From Octopus bimaculoides (Eukaryota), in contig NC_068986.1 in NCBI RefSeq assembly GCF_001194135.2, positions 10,049,134 through 10,097,193 of the forward strand: a stretch of 48,060 nt of DNA, read 5' to 3'. Made by a program: the position numbers and the translations under genes. This document shows positions 35,103 through 48,060 of this stretch, piece after piece. Below the pieces are notes generated by a model. That model had not been told where the DNA came from, did not search any database, and worked only from the letters and a program-made list of their open reading frames with translations. Each line of letters opens with the position of its first letter. Position 1 is the stretch's first letter.

Positions 35103-35311
35103 TTTCAAATTTTGGCACAAGGCCAGCAATTTCGGGGGCGGGGTAAGTCGATTACATCCACCCCAGTGATCAACTGGTACTTATTTTATCGACACTGAAA
35201 AGATGAAAGGCAAAGTTGACCACGGCAAGATTTGAACTCAGAACGTAAAGATGGACGAATCACCGCTAAGCATTTCGTCCAGTGTGCTAACCATTCTGCC
35301 AACTCGCCGCC
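35103..35311 (-). mobile_element. Family B SINE followed by (TAA)n; a further family B fragment lies at ~35690-35835
   Basis: ggcacaaggcc...tttgaactcagaacgtaaag...ttctgccaactcgccgcc. Confidence 0.85.
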
Positions 35312-37154
35312 TTCTTTATAATAATAATAATAATAATAGTAATAATAATAATAATAATAATAATATCTTGATATGAGAACACTATGTCGCGCACATATGG
35401 TTGTGATGCATTCCCTTAGAAAAGATAGACTTCCGGGGGTCATTCGTGGGATTAACTTACAAAAGAAAACAAGGTCACCTTGACCACGAAAGCAAGTGCC
35501 TTGTTGTACATGTTGCTCTCCTTCAATCTATAGGCACGTGATTAGATTGGGACCGTTCACACGGATCATCCTTGGTATATTCACCCACCTTTCAGCCTAT
35601 TTGCTGGGAGTCAGTACTTCCTTTGTCCGCCCTCACTTTCCTTTTCAAGTGGAACTTGAAGAGATTAATGGTGGTGGCGGGGCTTGACCAAAGAGGAAAG
35701 TGTCTGTCTTCATCCCTTTTAAATCTGGTCAGTTTAGGTAAAGAGGCCAGTCGATTGCATAACCTCCAGTACTTGAATGGTACTTCATTTTATCGTTCCT
35801 GAAAAGAATGAATGGCAAAGTTGGCCTCGACAGGATTCGTGCATTGTTTGTTTTTCATTTCCTTGAGAGTCTCCATAAACTAAACAACCGGCTATATATT
35901 GGAGTCAGTTCACTTGACTAAATCACCAATCACCCCATTGAAAAAAAAAAAAAAAAATCTGTTATGAACGGTATGTATTTGCAAAGGGTTACAGGATGAA
36001 CCTCTTCACGAACCGAACCCGCGACTAACTCTTGGTTGTAATTGTTTTAAATAACTCGATAATTCTTGTGGTAAAGTCACAAACCGTATGAATGTCGCAA
36101 TTTCCGTTCCTTTTTATCCTGAAAATAAATAAGTACACTCATATATTGATGGATATTTCTGGTCACAAACGGTGACGTAACTGGTTTTTTAAAAACATTA
36201 CTGCAGTAAATAAATAACTGTAAAGGGTAATTTTTAACGCATTTTACAGCAATTTAATACGATTGAGAACAGCATAAACATCACGTTCTGTTATATCTCC
36301 TCTTCAGGGTTTAACTGAAATTAACCAATATATATGATGTCAGGGATTTATTTTAAATCATTGCTTTCAGGTAATATTTATCTCAGTAAAAAAACACTTA
36401 TAATAATATATATCACCCCTTCTTTATCTGATTTCCTTATTCCATGTTTATGTGCACCGAGACACTGGATTTGAGGCTCTTCATTTTTCTTATCAACATT
36501 TCCAGGTATTTTTAAAAATGTGATTTGAAAACGCCTATCTTTATCCTTCCCTGATATGTTATCTAATGGACCGCCATGTTTGATCAGTGTACAACTCTTG
36601 GTTTTTAATCTGTTCTCTGCCTGTAAACCTACTTCGTTTATCAGCAGCTACACTAAGTACACACACACACACACTTAATAAATGGCTTTGTGATGTCACA
36701 CAGTATGTACCTCGGTGGATTTTCATTGGCAGGGTCGCTACATCCTGTACGGAACCGAGTATTTAAATAAATATCTGTTTTAAGAAGAGAACACGTAACT
36801 CCAGTTATATTCAGTCTCTGGCAGAAAGTCTGCAAAATCTTGAAAACGCGTTAGTTTCTCGTGTCTTTTCATTATTTTCGATTTGAACCTCAACAATTTT
36901 CGCAAATTGTTTCTCTACAGTCGGTGCATGCGTAGCTGCTTGCCTAGCAATCACATGTCTTTCATTTCGATTCTGCTTCGCTGCGGCACCTTGCTCCTCG
37001 ACTCCATACTTTGTGTGTTTAGCAAAATTCCAGTTAATTTTCTTAGGCTACCCGTACACCCAACTCTATTTAACCGGGTTCTATATTTCTTTATTTTTAC
37101 AACAGCAATGGTTGCCTTCATAATGCTGTGAGCAGAATATATTGTACATATATA

Positions 37155-37470
37155 TCTTTTACTTGTTTCACTCATTAGACTGCAGCCATCCTGGAGCACC
37201 GCCTTCAAGAATTTTTAGTCGAATGAATCGACCCCGGTAATTTTTTTCTTAAGCCCGGTATATATTCTACCGGTTCTCTTCTGCCGGACTGCTAAGTTAC
37301 AGGGACGTAAACACACCAACACTGGTTGTCAAGCGGTGGCAGGCACAAACACAGGCACACACACACACACATACAGTTTCCATCTACCATATCCACTCAC
37401 AAGGTGCCATGCTGTGAGACTGAACCATGTGGTTGGGAAGCAAGCTACTTACCATGCAGCCACACTCGCG
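37155..37470 (-). mobile_element. Family A SINE
   Basis: cttttacttgtttcactcattagactgcagcc...gctaagttacagggacgtaaacacacc...ccatgtggttgggaagcaagctacttacc. Confidence 0.85.
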
Positions 37471-37953
37471 CCTGTATGTACAATATGTAATAGATATGTA
37501 TGATATATATACACATATAATATAATTATATATATTTTATATAAATAAATGTGAAACACAGACATAAGGTACATTTTATTTTTAGACATGTTTTAGCTTC
37601 TTCTTTTTATGAAGTTTGTATGTGTGTTTCCATGTTCCCGCTTGAGCCCTTGGAGTTTACATGGAATAACAGAGGTATCCTGAATCTTTCATCAATGTTT
37701 CCAGATTTTCACGGTCTCATCTTCTGGACGAAGAGGTGTAGGCGCATGTTGCTTTCCTTTTATTCCGAAATCGCTTTATTCTAAAAATCCGGCTATCATG
37801 GTCAAGAAGCATCGTTCACAGACACGGTAATTGTACAGTTCCAAACAAACTGAAAAAAAGAAAAAAATGCTCATGCGGAAAGATGGGGGGAAAAACCCCT
37901 TGATAAAAAGATAAACTAACTTATAGAGGTGTTTTCATTACAAGTTTTAAATA

Positions 37954-37987
<34 letters not shown>

Positions 37988-38438
37988 CGCGCATAGACAC
38001 GCACACAGGGTGACCCAGAAATAAAAAAAGGGCGTTGTTCTGTTTTAAATTCACGATACCTTAGCAATATATATGTATGTATATATATNNNNNNNNNNNN
38101 NNNNNNNNNNNNNNNNNNNNNNNNNNNNNNNNNNNNNNNNNNNNNNNNNNNNNNNNNNNNNNNNNNNNNNNNNNNNNNNNNNNNNNNNNNNNNNNNNNNN
38201 NNNNNNNNNNNNNNNNNNNNNNNNNNNNNNNNNNNNNNNNNNNNNNNNNNNNNNNNNNNNNNNNNNNNNNNNNNNNNNNNNNNNNNTAACCACTGGGCCA
38301 TTGCGTCTCCACACACACACACACACACATATAATGTTTGCGCGCGCGTGGATACGTTAGGTGTGAAAACATCATGTCTTGTAAATTACAAAAAAGTAAT
38401 TGAAACAAACTTATTAAAATTTCAGGCACTTTTGGGGG

Positions 38439-38484
<46 letters not shown>

Positions 38485-39579
38485 AGAAAGACAGATGGAG
38501 ATGGATGGACACTCACATATATGTGTGTGTGTGTGCATTATACATACACACACAAGCTATATGTAAGTCAAGAGATATCAAACAACCGTCGATTTGTTAT
38601 ATATCTATAAATCTAGTCTGGTGTAGCCGGGTACACTATCACCTTGGAAGCCGCCGTCGCCGCTTAAATGGCTCTGTTCCTATTGAGAATATATGTTGAG
38701 TGAGTTTCTTTTCATCAGAAATGGGATGTAGACTTTCATCTCCTTTTCTTATGTTTGCTCTGTGAAATGTTTGTGTGATAGTTTTTGCGCCATCTCGTCT
38801 TCAACTCTTGCCTTCGTTTTTACTGATTCAAACGAACACGTTTGCCTCGCTAGGCGTGGGAACCATTACGGAATGTGGAGTTTATGGGATCATTCAATTC
38901 ATTTCTTTAAAAACATGTTGACTCAAGGCTCCTGTTTATGTGACTGCGTTTGCTGCTGATTTCTTGTTCACTTGTTCCTTTTCTTCCTTCACTCTTTTCT
39001 AGGACAGGCACAAACTATGCTTATATCAACACACACACACACAAATCAATACTTGCACGAATATATAAATATATACACACACACATCTATATATATATAT
39101 ATATATATGAATGTAAGCATATATATATAACCCGAGATAGTAACCTTTTGTTAGCGAAACTGAGCAACTTTCAACCAATCCCAACAGGATAAACACACAC
39201 ACACACACACACACACACGTACGTGTACGCACAAATTTATGATGTTTACCTCTTGTTGTTACTATTTATTCCTCCTTTTAAGACAGTTATGAAAATATTA
39301 CTGTTTTCTAAATATGTTTTGTTTGGCGACATCATTAACAGCGGGGCTGTTAATTGAACAGAGGAAAAAAAAATTCCGATGCCGGTTAAAAGTATCAAAA
39401 AGTGCCTAAGCCACGCCTTATCACGTCCGCCATGGCTGCGTCATCAACTGTCCATGTCAAGACAGAATGAACGTAGAGATATTAGGGAGAAGACGGACGC
39501 CATAGTATGTGTTTAGACTGTCTCTTCTTTGTTTACGCCATGGCCAAGTCTCATCAATAAAGCGATGCAAGATTCAGAG

Positions 39580-39852
39580 CAGTGGATCTCCGATGGGTCC
39601 ATATGACGGTTAGGGATCCACATAACTCTTAGGAGTCCATATGGTCCTTGGGGGGGGGGGGGTCCATATAAGATTTTGTTAAAATTTGTGTACAATACAA
39701 GAAATATTTTAACATTTTTAAAAACACAATTCCTAACTAATTAAAAAGAAAATACAATAGGGTTTTGTTAAACATTGAATGGCTATGAGTGTCCATCCGA
39801 ACAATATACGATTCAAAAGGGTCCACGGGTAAAAAAGGGTTGAGGACCCCTG
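39580..39852. mobile_element. hAT-Charlie-like MITE (uninterrupted relative of 3053-3697)
   Basis: Ends are CAGTGGATCTCC and GGGTTGAGGACCCCTG, with repeated g(g/a)tccatat subterminal motifs. The TSD attcagag/atttaaaa matches at 5 of 8 positions. Confidence 0.7.
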
Positions 39853-40048
39853 ATTTAAAAAAAAGGAATGACGACTAAAACGTTATTTGTTAAATAATGT
39901 AGTGATGTCTTCGTCAAGTTAAGCAATTCTGAGAGTGACAAAAGAGCCAATGATTTGGTAGATTCAGTAAGTAGTTGCTCGTTTATGTTTAACTGTATGT
40001 TTTTGGTCCTTTAGGGATCGGCACTCCAAGTCGACAGAGTACCGAGTT

Positions 40049-40077
<29 letters not shown>

Positions 40078-40082
<5 letters not shown>

Positions 40083-40262
40083 CCCCCAACACCTTGACAA
40101 CCAGCGTTGGTTCGTTTACGTTCTCATAACTAAGCGGTTCAGCAAAATAGGCCGATAGAATAAGTACCAGGCTTAAAAAAAAGTACTGGGGTCGATTCAT
40201 TTGGCTAAAATTCTTGAAGGCGGTGTCCCAGCATGGCCGCAGTCTAATGACTGAAGCAGATA
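40078..40262 (+). mobile_element. Family A SINE, 3' half
   Basis: ccttgacaacc...gatagaataagtaccagg...cccagcatggccgcagtctaatgactgaa. Confidence 0.85.
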
Positions 40263-40621
40263 AAGCCTATTGGTTTTACGTGTGAGATGTTGTCGTTAAA
40301 CACTAGGTCAGACATAATTGAGTAGATTTATTATCAAAGGCAATCTAAACATGACCATCCTGCTATTTTCAGGCATAGTCTACCTTTCGACTACATTTTT
40401 CAATGTGTCCTTCCTTTTTAAAGACGGTAATGTATCGTCTAAGAAAGGCTTGGCTGCTATTTCTCGTACAAGTGACCACATCGAGACACTGTCGCTGTCC
40501 TTCTGTCAGAGCGTTTCAAAGAGAATTTAATTTAAAGCTAATTAAAGAAAAAAAAAATTGAGTTGATTTAATTAGTTTCATCAAATTAATTACGGAAAAA
40601 TTAAGTTAATAAATATATTAC

Positions 40622-40815
40622 CCTGGCAGAATCATTAGCGCGTCGGACAAATTGCTTCGTGAGTTTTCCTCCGGGAATTTACGTTCTGAGTTCAAACCCC
40701 GGTGAAGTCAAATTTGCCTTTTATCCTTTCAAGGTCGTTAAAATAACATAACAACTAAGTACTGCAGATCGATATCATCGATTAACTCCAATTCCCCTTC
40801 AAAACTGCTGGCCTT
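40622..40815 (+). mobile_element. Family B SINE, diverged
   Basis: ctggcagaatcattagcg...tacgttctgagttcaaac...tttgccttttatcctttcaaggtcg. Confidence 0.75.
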
Positions 40816-41289
40816 GTGTCGAAAATATGAAACAACATTTTTACCTACCCTACCCCCTTCTTCACCACATTCTCATCACCAACAATCACAATGAACTGAT
40901 GTCGCTACGGTGGCTTGTCTAATGGTTATGTATTTTATTTATTTATTTTCCATTCTCGGCACCCCCCGTGGCTGGTATTGTAAGCAGTAGAGTAGGTAGG
41001 TAGGTAGATAGTGTGTGTGTGTGTGTACAGTTATTCGGTTGAATTGATGACCTAAGCATTTGAGTTAATTAAAAAGTAATTTATGTCAACGGAATTTCAA
41101 GACAAAACAAGAAAAGAAGGTTACTCTTCGATGGAACTAGGTTTAAATCTTAAACATTTTGGCAAGGGAAGATGAGGGGCGGAGGAGGTGCTCTAAGAAT
41201 GATCATAATTACACACACACACTTACACACACATGCATAAAACTAAAAGTGCATTCATGGATGTGTGCATGTATATATACATCTGGATC

Positions 41290-41690
41290 GTGGCAATCCG
41301 TCGGTTACAGCGACAACGAGGATTCCAGTTGATCCGATCAGTGGAACAGCCTGCTCTTGAAAGGAATGTGCAAGTGGCACAACGACAACGGGGATTCCAG
41401 TTCATCCGATCAGTGGAACAGCCTGCTCTTGAAAGGAATGTGCAAGTGGCTGAGCACTCCACAGACATGTGTACCCATAACGTATTTCTCTGGGAGATTC
41501 AATGTGACACAGAATGTGTGTGGCAAGGCTGGCCCCTTTGGAATTACAGGTACGACTCGTTTTTACCAGGTGAGTGGAATGGAGCAATGCGAAATAAAGT
41601 GTCCTGCTCAATGACACTACACGCCGCCTGGAATCGAACTCACCACCTTACGATTGTGAGCCGAATACTCTAACCGCTACGCCACGAGCC
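41290..41690 (-). mobile_element. Family C SINE with a 72-bp internal tandem duplication
   Basis: The tRNA-like head is at about 41690 (ggaatcgaactc...taaccgctacgcca). 41311-41378 is repeated at 41383-41450. Confidence 0.85.
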
Positions 41691-41735
41691 TTCGTAAAAA
41701 GAAAAGAAATATTCATACATACATTGATATATATG

Positions 41736-41784
<49 letters not shown>

Positions 41785-41891
41785 AGATGTGTATGTATAT
41801 ATATATATGTATGTATAGATGTGTATGTATATATATGTGTGTGTGTATATGTATGTATGTATAGATGTGTATGTATATATGTGTGTGTATG

Positions 41892-41925
<34 letters not shown>

Positions 41926-42166
41926 GAGAATATACAAATAATAACAACAGACGAGGACAGGTGGTGTAAATAACAAAAGTATATATTAGTATGACGCTCG
42001 GGAATATATATATATATAATTTCAATGTATGTACAATAATCTCTCGCCATATCGCGGTTTATTATTTAAGCTTACGTCGATTCCTCCATGGTGTTGTTTT
42101 GCATTTATAATAAAATAAATATATACAAATTATTAAAATAATAGTCGAAGGGTTACTGTATTATGC

Positions 42167-42218
<52 letters not shown>

Positions 42219-42739
42219 GCATGCACATAATACATATAAACATACATGAACGCGTACATACATATACATGCACACGTCCATCCATCCGTACATCCATACC
42301 CACACACACGCACCCTTGCATACACACATACAAAAAAATTATCTCGTCTTCAATGGCTGACAGAGTCGTTGTTATTTGTTGGTGCCTGGTCGTTATCCAC
42401 TTCGTGACATCTTAACTGTTTCATCCTCCATTGAAGTCCCTTAAAGCCATTATTACATACAAACTCTCTCTATGTCACTACTTTCCGAGTTTCTGTCGCC
42501 GAGCTAATAATAAGTACTTGTTGTCTCCCAGTCTACCACCATCAACCGTAATGCATAGAAAAGGACGGTTATAAAAATAATGCTTTCTATGTCTGCCTCT
42601 CTCTCTCTCTCACTCTCTCCTGTCTTTCTTGATTTAAAATATTCATCTATGAAGACGATAAGAGAAACAGGGAGAGAGAGAAAAGAGAGCGCAAGGCCAT
42701 CAGGTCCGTCTCGTTCTTCTCTCTCAATAAAGATATATG

Positions 42740-42790
<51 letters not shown>

Positions 42791-42936
42791 TTATTTATTA
42801 TAAAAGACGAGAATAAAATAAAACAAACAATAGTGTTGTAGAAGTCTTGTAATTTATTGCTGTGAATAAATAAATAAATAAATAAAAATAAATAAAAATA
42901 AATAGCTGCAAATGTTGGTTGGTCGCAGCTTCAGTC

Positions 42937-43310
42937 TATATAAAAACACACCACCACCAACAACACCACCCTATACACAGACAGACAGACACGCGCGCGC
43001 GCGCCACTGGAGCGCAGCTCCGACCAGATAATGACATAGTGCGCAACAGGTTTGGTCGTTTACCACTCCTTGTTGTTGTTGTTGTTGTTAGTATTGTTGT
43101 GACTGTTATTGTGTAACCAATCCAATAACTATGTGTCTTGTGTAATCGTATCTGTGTGTGTGTGTTAGAGAGAGAAAAACGGGATGGAGAAGTGATACAG
43201 CTAACGAGATAGTGTGTGTGTGTGTGTGCGCATCCTTCACTGGGTCTCTCAACTCTGAGTAGCGCAATCGTTTTAAAGCATGGTGGAGCCCCTAATCTCG
43301 CCAGGTTTGA
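42937..43310 (+). promoter_or_regulatory. Candidate internal alternative promoter and first exon (TATA box, (CG)n, short uORFs, ATG...phase-1 donor)
   Basis: TATATAAAAA at 42937-42946, (CG)n at 42992-43003 and AGATAA at 43026. A strong-context aagcATGG at 43280 reads MVEPLISP+G into CAG/GTTTGA (43305). Confidence 0.3.
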
Positions 43311-44035
43311 GGGCAAAGTTAATTTCTTCAGAGAGAGCAGAATGAAGCGGGGCCCCAGAACTAGTGTTTTTTTTTTATATTCAAAACGACTGAAANNNNN
43401 NNNNNNNNNNNNNNNNNNNNNNNNNNNNNNNNNNNNNNNNNNNNNNNNNNNNNNNNNNNNNNNNNNNNNNNNNNNNNNNNNNNNNNNNNNNNNNNNNNNN
43501 NNNNNNNNNNNNNNNNNNNNNNNNNNNNNNNNNNNNNNNNNNNNNNNNNNNNNNNNNNNNNNNNNNNNNNNNNNNNNNNNNNNNNNNNNNNNNNNNNNNN
43601 NNNNNNNNNNNNNNNNNNNNNNNNNNNNNNNNNNNNNNNNNNNNNNNNNNNNNNNNNNNNNNNNNNNNNNNNNNNNNNNNNNNNNNNNNNNNNNNNNNNN
43701 NNNNNNNNNNNNNNNNNNNNNNNNNNNNNNNNNNNNNNNNNNNNNNNNNNNNNNNNNNNNNNNNNNNNNNNNNNNNNNNNNNNNNNNNNNNNNNNNNNNN
43801 NNNNNNNNNNNNNNNNNNNNNNNNNNNNNAAAAAGAGAACACATAGACACACTGACATACACACATTTATATGTATAGGAGAGATAGACAGACATATATT
43901 TACTCGGTAAGTTGTCGAACAAGGATGTAGAAAGGAAATCTATGTGAAATTTCGATAGGTGGTGGTGGTTTGAGATGATGCAGTCGTGCTTGTATGCTGC
44001 CCGTTCATATATCTACATCTATATGTATATATGTG

Positions 44036-44068
<33 letters not shown>

Positions 44069-44245
44069 ATATGTATGTATATATATATGTGTATGTATAT
44101 GTATATATATGTATATATGTGTGTATATATGTATATATATATATGTATATGTCCTGTACCCATATATGCATGTATATCACATTAAATGTCCACTTTAGTG
44201 GTCATCGTTATATATAAACATATATATATGTATATACATGTATAT

Positions 44246-44283
<38 letters not shown>

Positions 44284-44637
44284 GTATATATATGCATATA
44301 TATATATATATATAGCTCACAATAGTCATCATGAGAAAATAGAGAAAATATAAAATAAGCGAAAGAAAGAATAGAATAGACAACTACATGAGTATGTAGA
44401 ACAGGCGGTGGTGTGGGCGGTGTGTGTGTTTTGGTAATGGTTCACTGGTCTCTGTTACGAGGTGTGTGTGTGTGTAATGCTAGGCTGAATTAGTCAAGTG
44501 TGGACAGACGATAAAAGTCTCCATTTTGTGGTTAAATTTCGTCATTGCTTCTCGTTGTTTCTTACTGTTTGCTTTTCCCCCCTCCAAATATCTCATTCTT
44601 TCTGTTTCTCCATCTTTCAAAGCCGGCCCCATCCCCC

Positions 44638-44673
<36 letters not shown>

Positions 44674-45344
44674 TGCCTTATTTTCTCTGATTCCGGTTAT
44701 TAGACGGCAGCCATATTGGAAACATTTCATCCCAGGTCGATTGTACTGAACTTCATTTTTACTTTATCAATCTTAGAAATTTTGAAGACAAAGTCACTTA
44801 CGTACTTTCTCTGTCATTCACCTCACGTTATATATCAAATGGATGTCTTATAAATCTATTCCGCACACACAATAACAACCACACTAACAATCCGACATAC
44901 CTCCATCATCAGCTGCCCGACGGATATCACTATAGTTTCGACACATGGGCAGTACCATTCAATACGGCGGTGTCAACAGCACTAAAATAAGTGTTGTTCG
45001 GGAACAAACATACCTTAGATATCACCACATTCATTCAATCTTAATTCTAGGAAGGATTAAATGCTAACATTATTAATTAAATGACAACACAGAAACCATA
45101 TTTACCCTAGGTACAAAAACAGTATCGGTAAATAAATTTAATAAGTAAACCTATAACTAACTCCTAAATTATCGAACTAAATAGCAACCTAGCCCTTGAA
45201 GTCCATACAGATAATATCCCCACCAGTCTTTCATAGTTATTAATATAGAATGAAAGCTTTTATATTCTATTCTTTCCAAAACAAAACAAACTCGATTGAA
45301 CTTAGCAAATAATAAAACTGATTCTGAGTGAATTACACTATTTC

Positions 45345-45388
<44 letters not shown>

Positions 45389-45792
45389 NNNNNNNNNNAC
45401 CGATGCCCACGAGGTTACATATATGGTATTTGCCAAGTTTCTCCTCGCTACCTTTTTCCCCTTTCTTGAAAACCTCAGCTTTTATATGCGAGGATGGAAA
45501 GGGATGCGGAAGTTACCATTAGTTACCGACATGAGAATGATCGACTCAATATCAAAAAGTTTGCAGGTCATTAGCGTATTGCGGTTCGAACAAATCATTA
45601 TGCTACTGTATATACTAATAACTGCACTCTGGTCGCGTCCACTCCGGAAACCCCGAAAACCAGGTAAATAAAAGTGAGTTGGTTTGACAGTTAACCTACA
45701 GAAAAGTAAGGTCCCTCCTTTGCAATTCATTAGCGTATTGAGGTTAAAACAAATCATTATGATTCTGTACGTACTCATAGAATATTATTATT

Positions 45793-45960
45793 AGGCAGTA
45801 TCGTTAGCACGCCGGGCGAAATGCTTAGTGGTATTTCGTCTGTCTTTACATTCTGAGTTCAAATTCCGCCGAGGTCGACTTTGCCTTTCATCCTTTCGGG
45901 GTCGATAAATTAAGTATCAGTTGTGTACTGGGGTCGATTTAATCGACTGGCCCCCTCCCC
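45793..45960 (+). mobile_element. Family B SINE, running into a gap
   Basis: gttagcacgccgggcgaaatgcttag...ctgagttcaaattccgccgaggtcgactttgcctttcatcctttcggggtcgataaattaag. Confidence 0.9.
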
Positions 45961-46880
45961 NNNNNNNNNNNNNNNNNNNNNNNNNNNNNNNNNNNNNNNN
46001 NNNNNNNNNNNNNNNNNNNNNNNNNNNNNNNNNNNNNNNNNNNNNNNNNNNNNNNNNNNNNNNNNNNNNNNNNNNNNNNNNNNNNNNNNNNNNNNNNNNN
46101 NNNNNNNNNNNNNNNNNNNNNNNNNNNNNNNNNNNNNNNNNNNNNNNNNNNNNNNNNNNNNNNNNNNNNNNNNNNNNNNNNNNNNNNNNNNNNNNNNNNN
46201 NNNNNNNNNNNNNNNNNNNNNNNNNNNNNNNNNNNNNNNNNNNNNNNNNNNNNNNNNNNNNNNNNNNNNNNNNNNNNNNNNNNNNNNNNNNNNNNNNNNN
46301 NNNNNNNNNNNNNNNNNNNNNNNNNNNNNNNNNNNNNNNNNNNNNNNNNNNNNNNNNNNNNNNNNNNNNNNNNNNNNNNNNNNNNNNNNNNNNNNNNNNN
46401 NNNNNNNNNNNNNNNNNNNNNNNNNNNNNNNNNNNNNNNNNNNNNNNNNNNNNNNNNNNNNNNNNNNNNNNNNNNNNNNNNNNNNNNNNNNNNNNNNNNN
46501 NNNNNNNNNNNNNNNNNNNNNNNNNNNNNNNNNNNNNNNNNNNNNNNNNNNNNNNNNNNNNNNNNNNNNNNNNNNNNNNNNNNNNNNNNNNNNNNNNNNN
46601 NNNNNNNNNNNNNNNNNNNNNNNNNNNNNNNNNNNNNNNNNNNNNNNNNNNNNNNNNNNNNNNNNNNNNNNNNNNNNNNNNNNNNNNNNNNNNNNNNNNN
46701 NNNNNNNNNNNNNNNNNNNNNNNNNNNNNNNNNNNNNNNNNNNNNNNNNNNNNNNNNNNNNNNNNNNNNNNNNNNNNNNNNNNNNNNNNNNNNNNNNNNN
46801 NNNNNNNNNNNNNNNNNNNNNNNNNNNNNNNNNNNNNNNNNNNNNNNNNNNNNNNNNNNNNNNNNNNNNNNNNNNNNNNN

Positions 46881-46913
<33 letters not shown>

Positions 46914-47439
46914 GTATATATATATATACATACACGCACACACACACACACACACATTAATGCAGACACAGATACATATAATATATATTCACATGCACAC
47001 ATTGATACACACAGATATATATAATATATACACGCACACATTCATGCGCCCGCGCATACACGCACACACATACATATACAGATTCATATATACATCTATA
47101 CATTTATCCGTGCATCTGTGAATACATACCTGAATAAGTGAATAGAGAGATATAAGCAGCTTAAAGATAGAAAGTTTGATTAGACAAATCTGCTTCGAGA
47201 TTCAGGGTTCCAAAGAATTGTGATTGAGAGTGTTAGTCCTAACAGTCTTGATATCAGATTTAAATTATTTGGTCTTTTCTAGGGAAAGGTCCAAGTAATT
47301 TAAACCCATCCAAAATATATTGCCGGAAGCGGTCCCTGATTAAATTTTGGCTGTAGAAGACACTCATCCGGAATGTGGTGCCGTTATATGGCCACTCTTC
47401 ATCATGCACACACACGCGCACGCTGTAAAAGATAGGCTA

Positions 47440-47860
47440 CAGGAAATATTCTGCTCAATAATACATTTGTCAGTTGCCTCAGCTTAAGCAGTTGAGCATG
47501 TTTCTTGGTGGCTGACGATATATGCATCTCTGATCGTAATGGGGGGAACATTCAGAGAAATTCTTTGGGATTTGAATAGTTCACCTCTGGAGACATGGGT
47601 GTTTCGTTTATCATCTTTAGACAACCCTTATTCAGGGACCTTTTGTGCGGGATGGGCTACTCGACCTGAAGAAATTCTCACTGGGCCCCACCTGCAAGGT
47701 CATGCACTGTTTATCTTGATATGAGATCACCCATTTCGTGCACATATGGTTGTGATGTATGCGCCTTGTGTACCCTTATCAGACGGGTAGTCAATATGGG
47801 TATATTGGGCTATATTTGTGGCCGAACGTCACTCTGATGGCATGGACTGCTCTCTCACTC

Positions 47861-47902
<42 letters not shown>

Positions 47903-47903
47903 T
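47440..47903 (+). mobile_element. LINE 3' end with (TAA)n tail, possibly Dong/R4-type
   Basis: Unique sequence ends in ctctctcactc(AAT)n. The segment atcttgatatgag...gcacatatggttgtgatg recurs at about 35365-35410, also next to (TAA)n. Confidence 0.5.
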
Positions 47904-48060
47904 AAAGAAAATTAAAGAAACTAGTATGAATGAACTAGTATGAATGAACGCGACACTCTCCCCAAAATTCGCAATTCTAACCAAAACCTGAAAATAATTG
48001 GTAAAATCCGCCTTGCACTTAAGGATATAATTTCAGCTAATGATGTTGATATTACAGATC

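Noticed and set aside
12900-43050. Statistical enrichment of WGATAR sites as evidence of GATA autoregulation
   Set aside because: The 6-mer is frequent by chance in AT-rich and (GATA)n-rich DNA, and enrichment cannot be shown without a background model.
6835-47121. Long ORFs made of X runs or YI/HT/CV/SIYL dipeptide repeats
   Set aside because: They are artefacts of N gaps and (TA)n, (CA)n and (TCTA)n microsatellites.

Overview
Eukaryotic, AT-rich, microsatellite-dense genomic DNA with about 5.3 kb of N gaps. The SINE, LINE and MITE repertoire points to a coleoid cephalopod, most likely Octopus (inference from recalled repeat families). Nearly all ORFs in the supplied track are artefacts of simple repeats or N runs. 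The only convincing host gene is the 5' end of a + strand transcription factor. A 53-nt exon (14232-14284) encodes MSRRKQSNPRPLL, the N-terminal NuRD-recruiting motif of the FOG/ZFPM/U-shaped group (shared with SALL, BCL11 and ZNF423/521). About 19.1 kb downstream lies a frame-compatible 45-nt exon (33403-33447, DFNRKKSPDASTQDQ). The zinc fingers must lie beyond the window. The rest is three tRNA-derived SINE families, remnants of HERO, Tx1/L1, CR1, RTE, Dong/R4 and Penelope-like retroelements, hAT- and piggyBac-like MITEs, and several near-perfect palindromes. Most notable non-coding observations: a minimal type I hammerhead ribozyme in a Penelope-like end (232-277), and a decayed hammerhead-like motif set in non-circularly permuted order in the 3' UTR of a HERO-like LINE (10596-10662).
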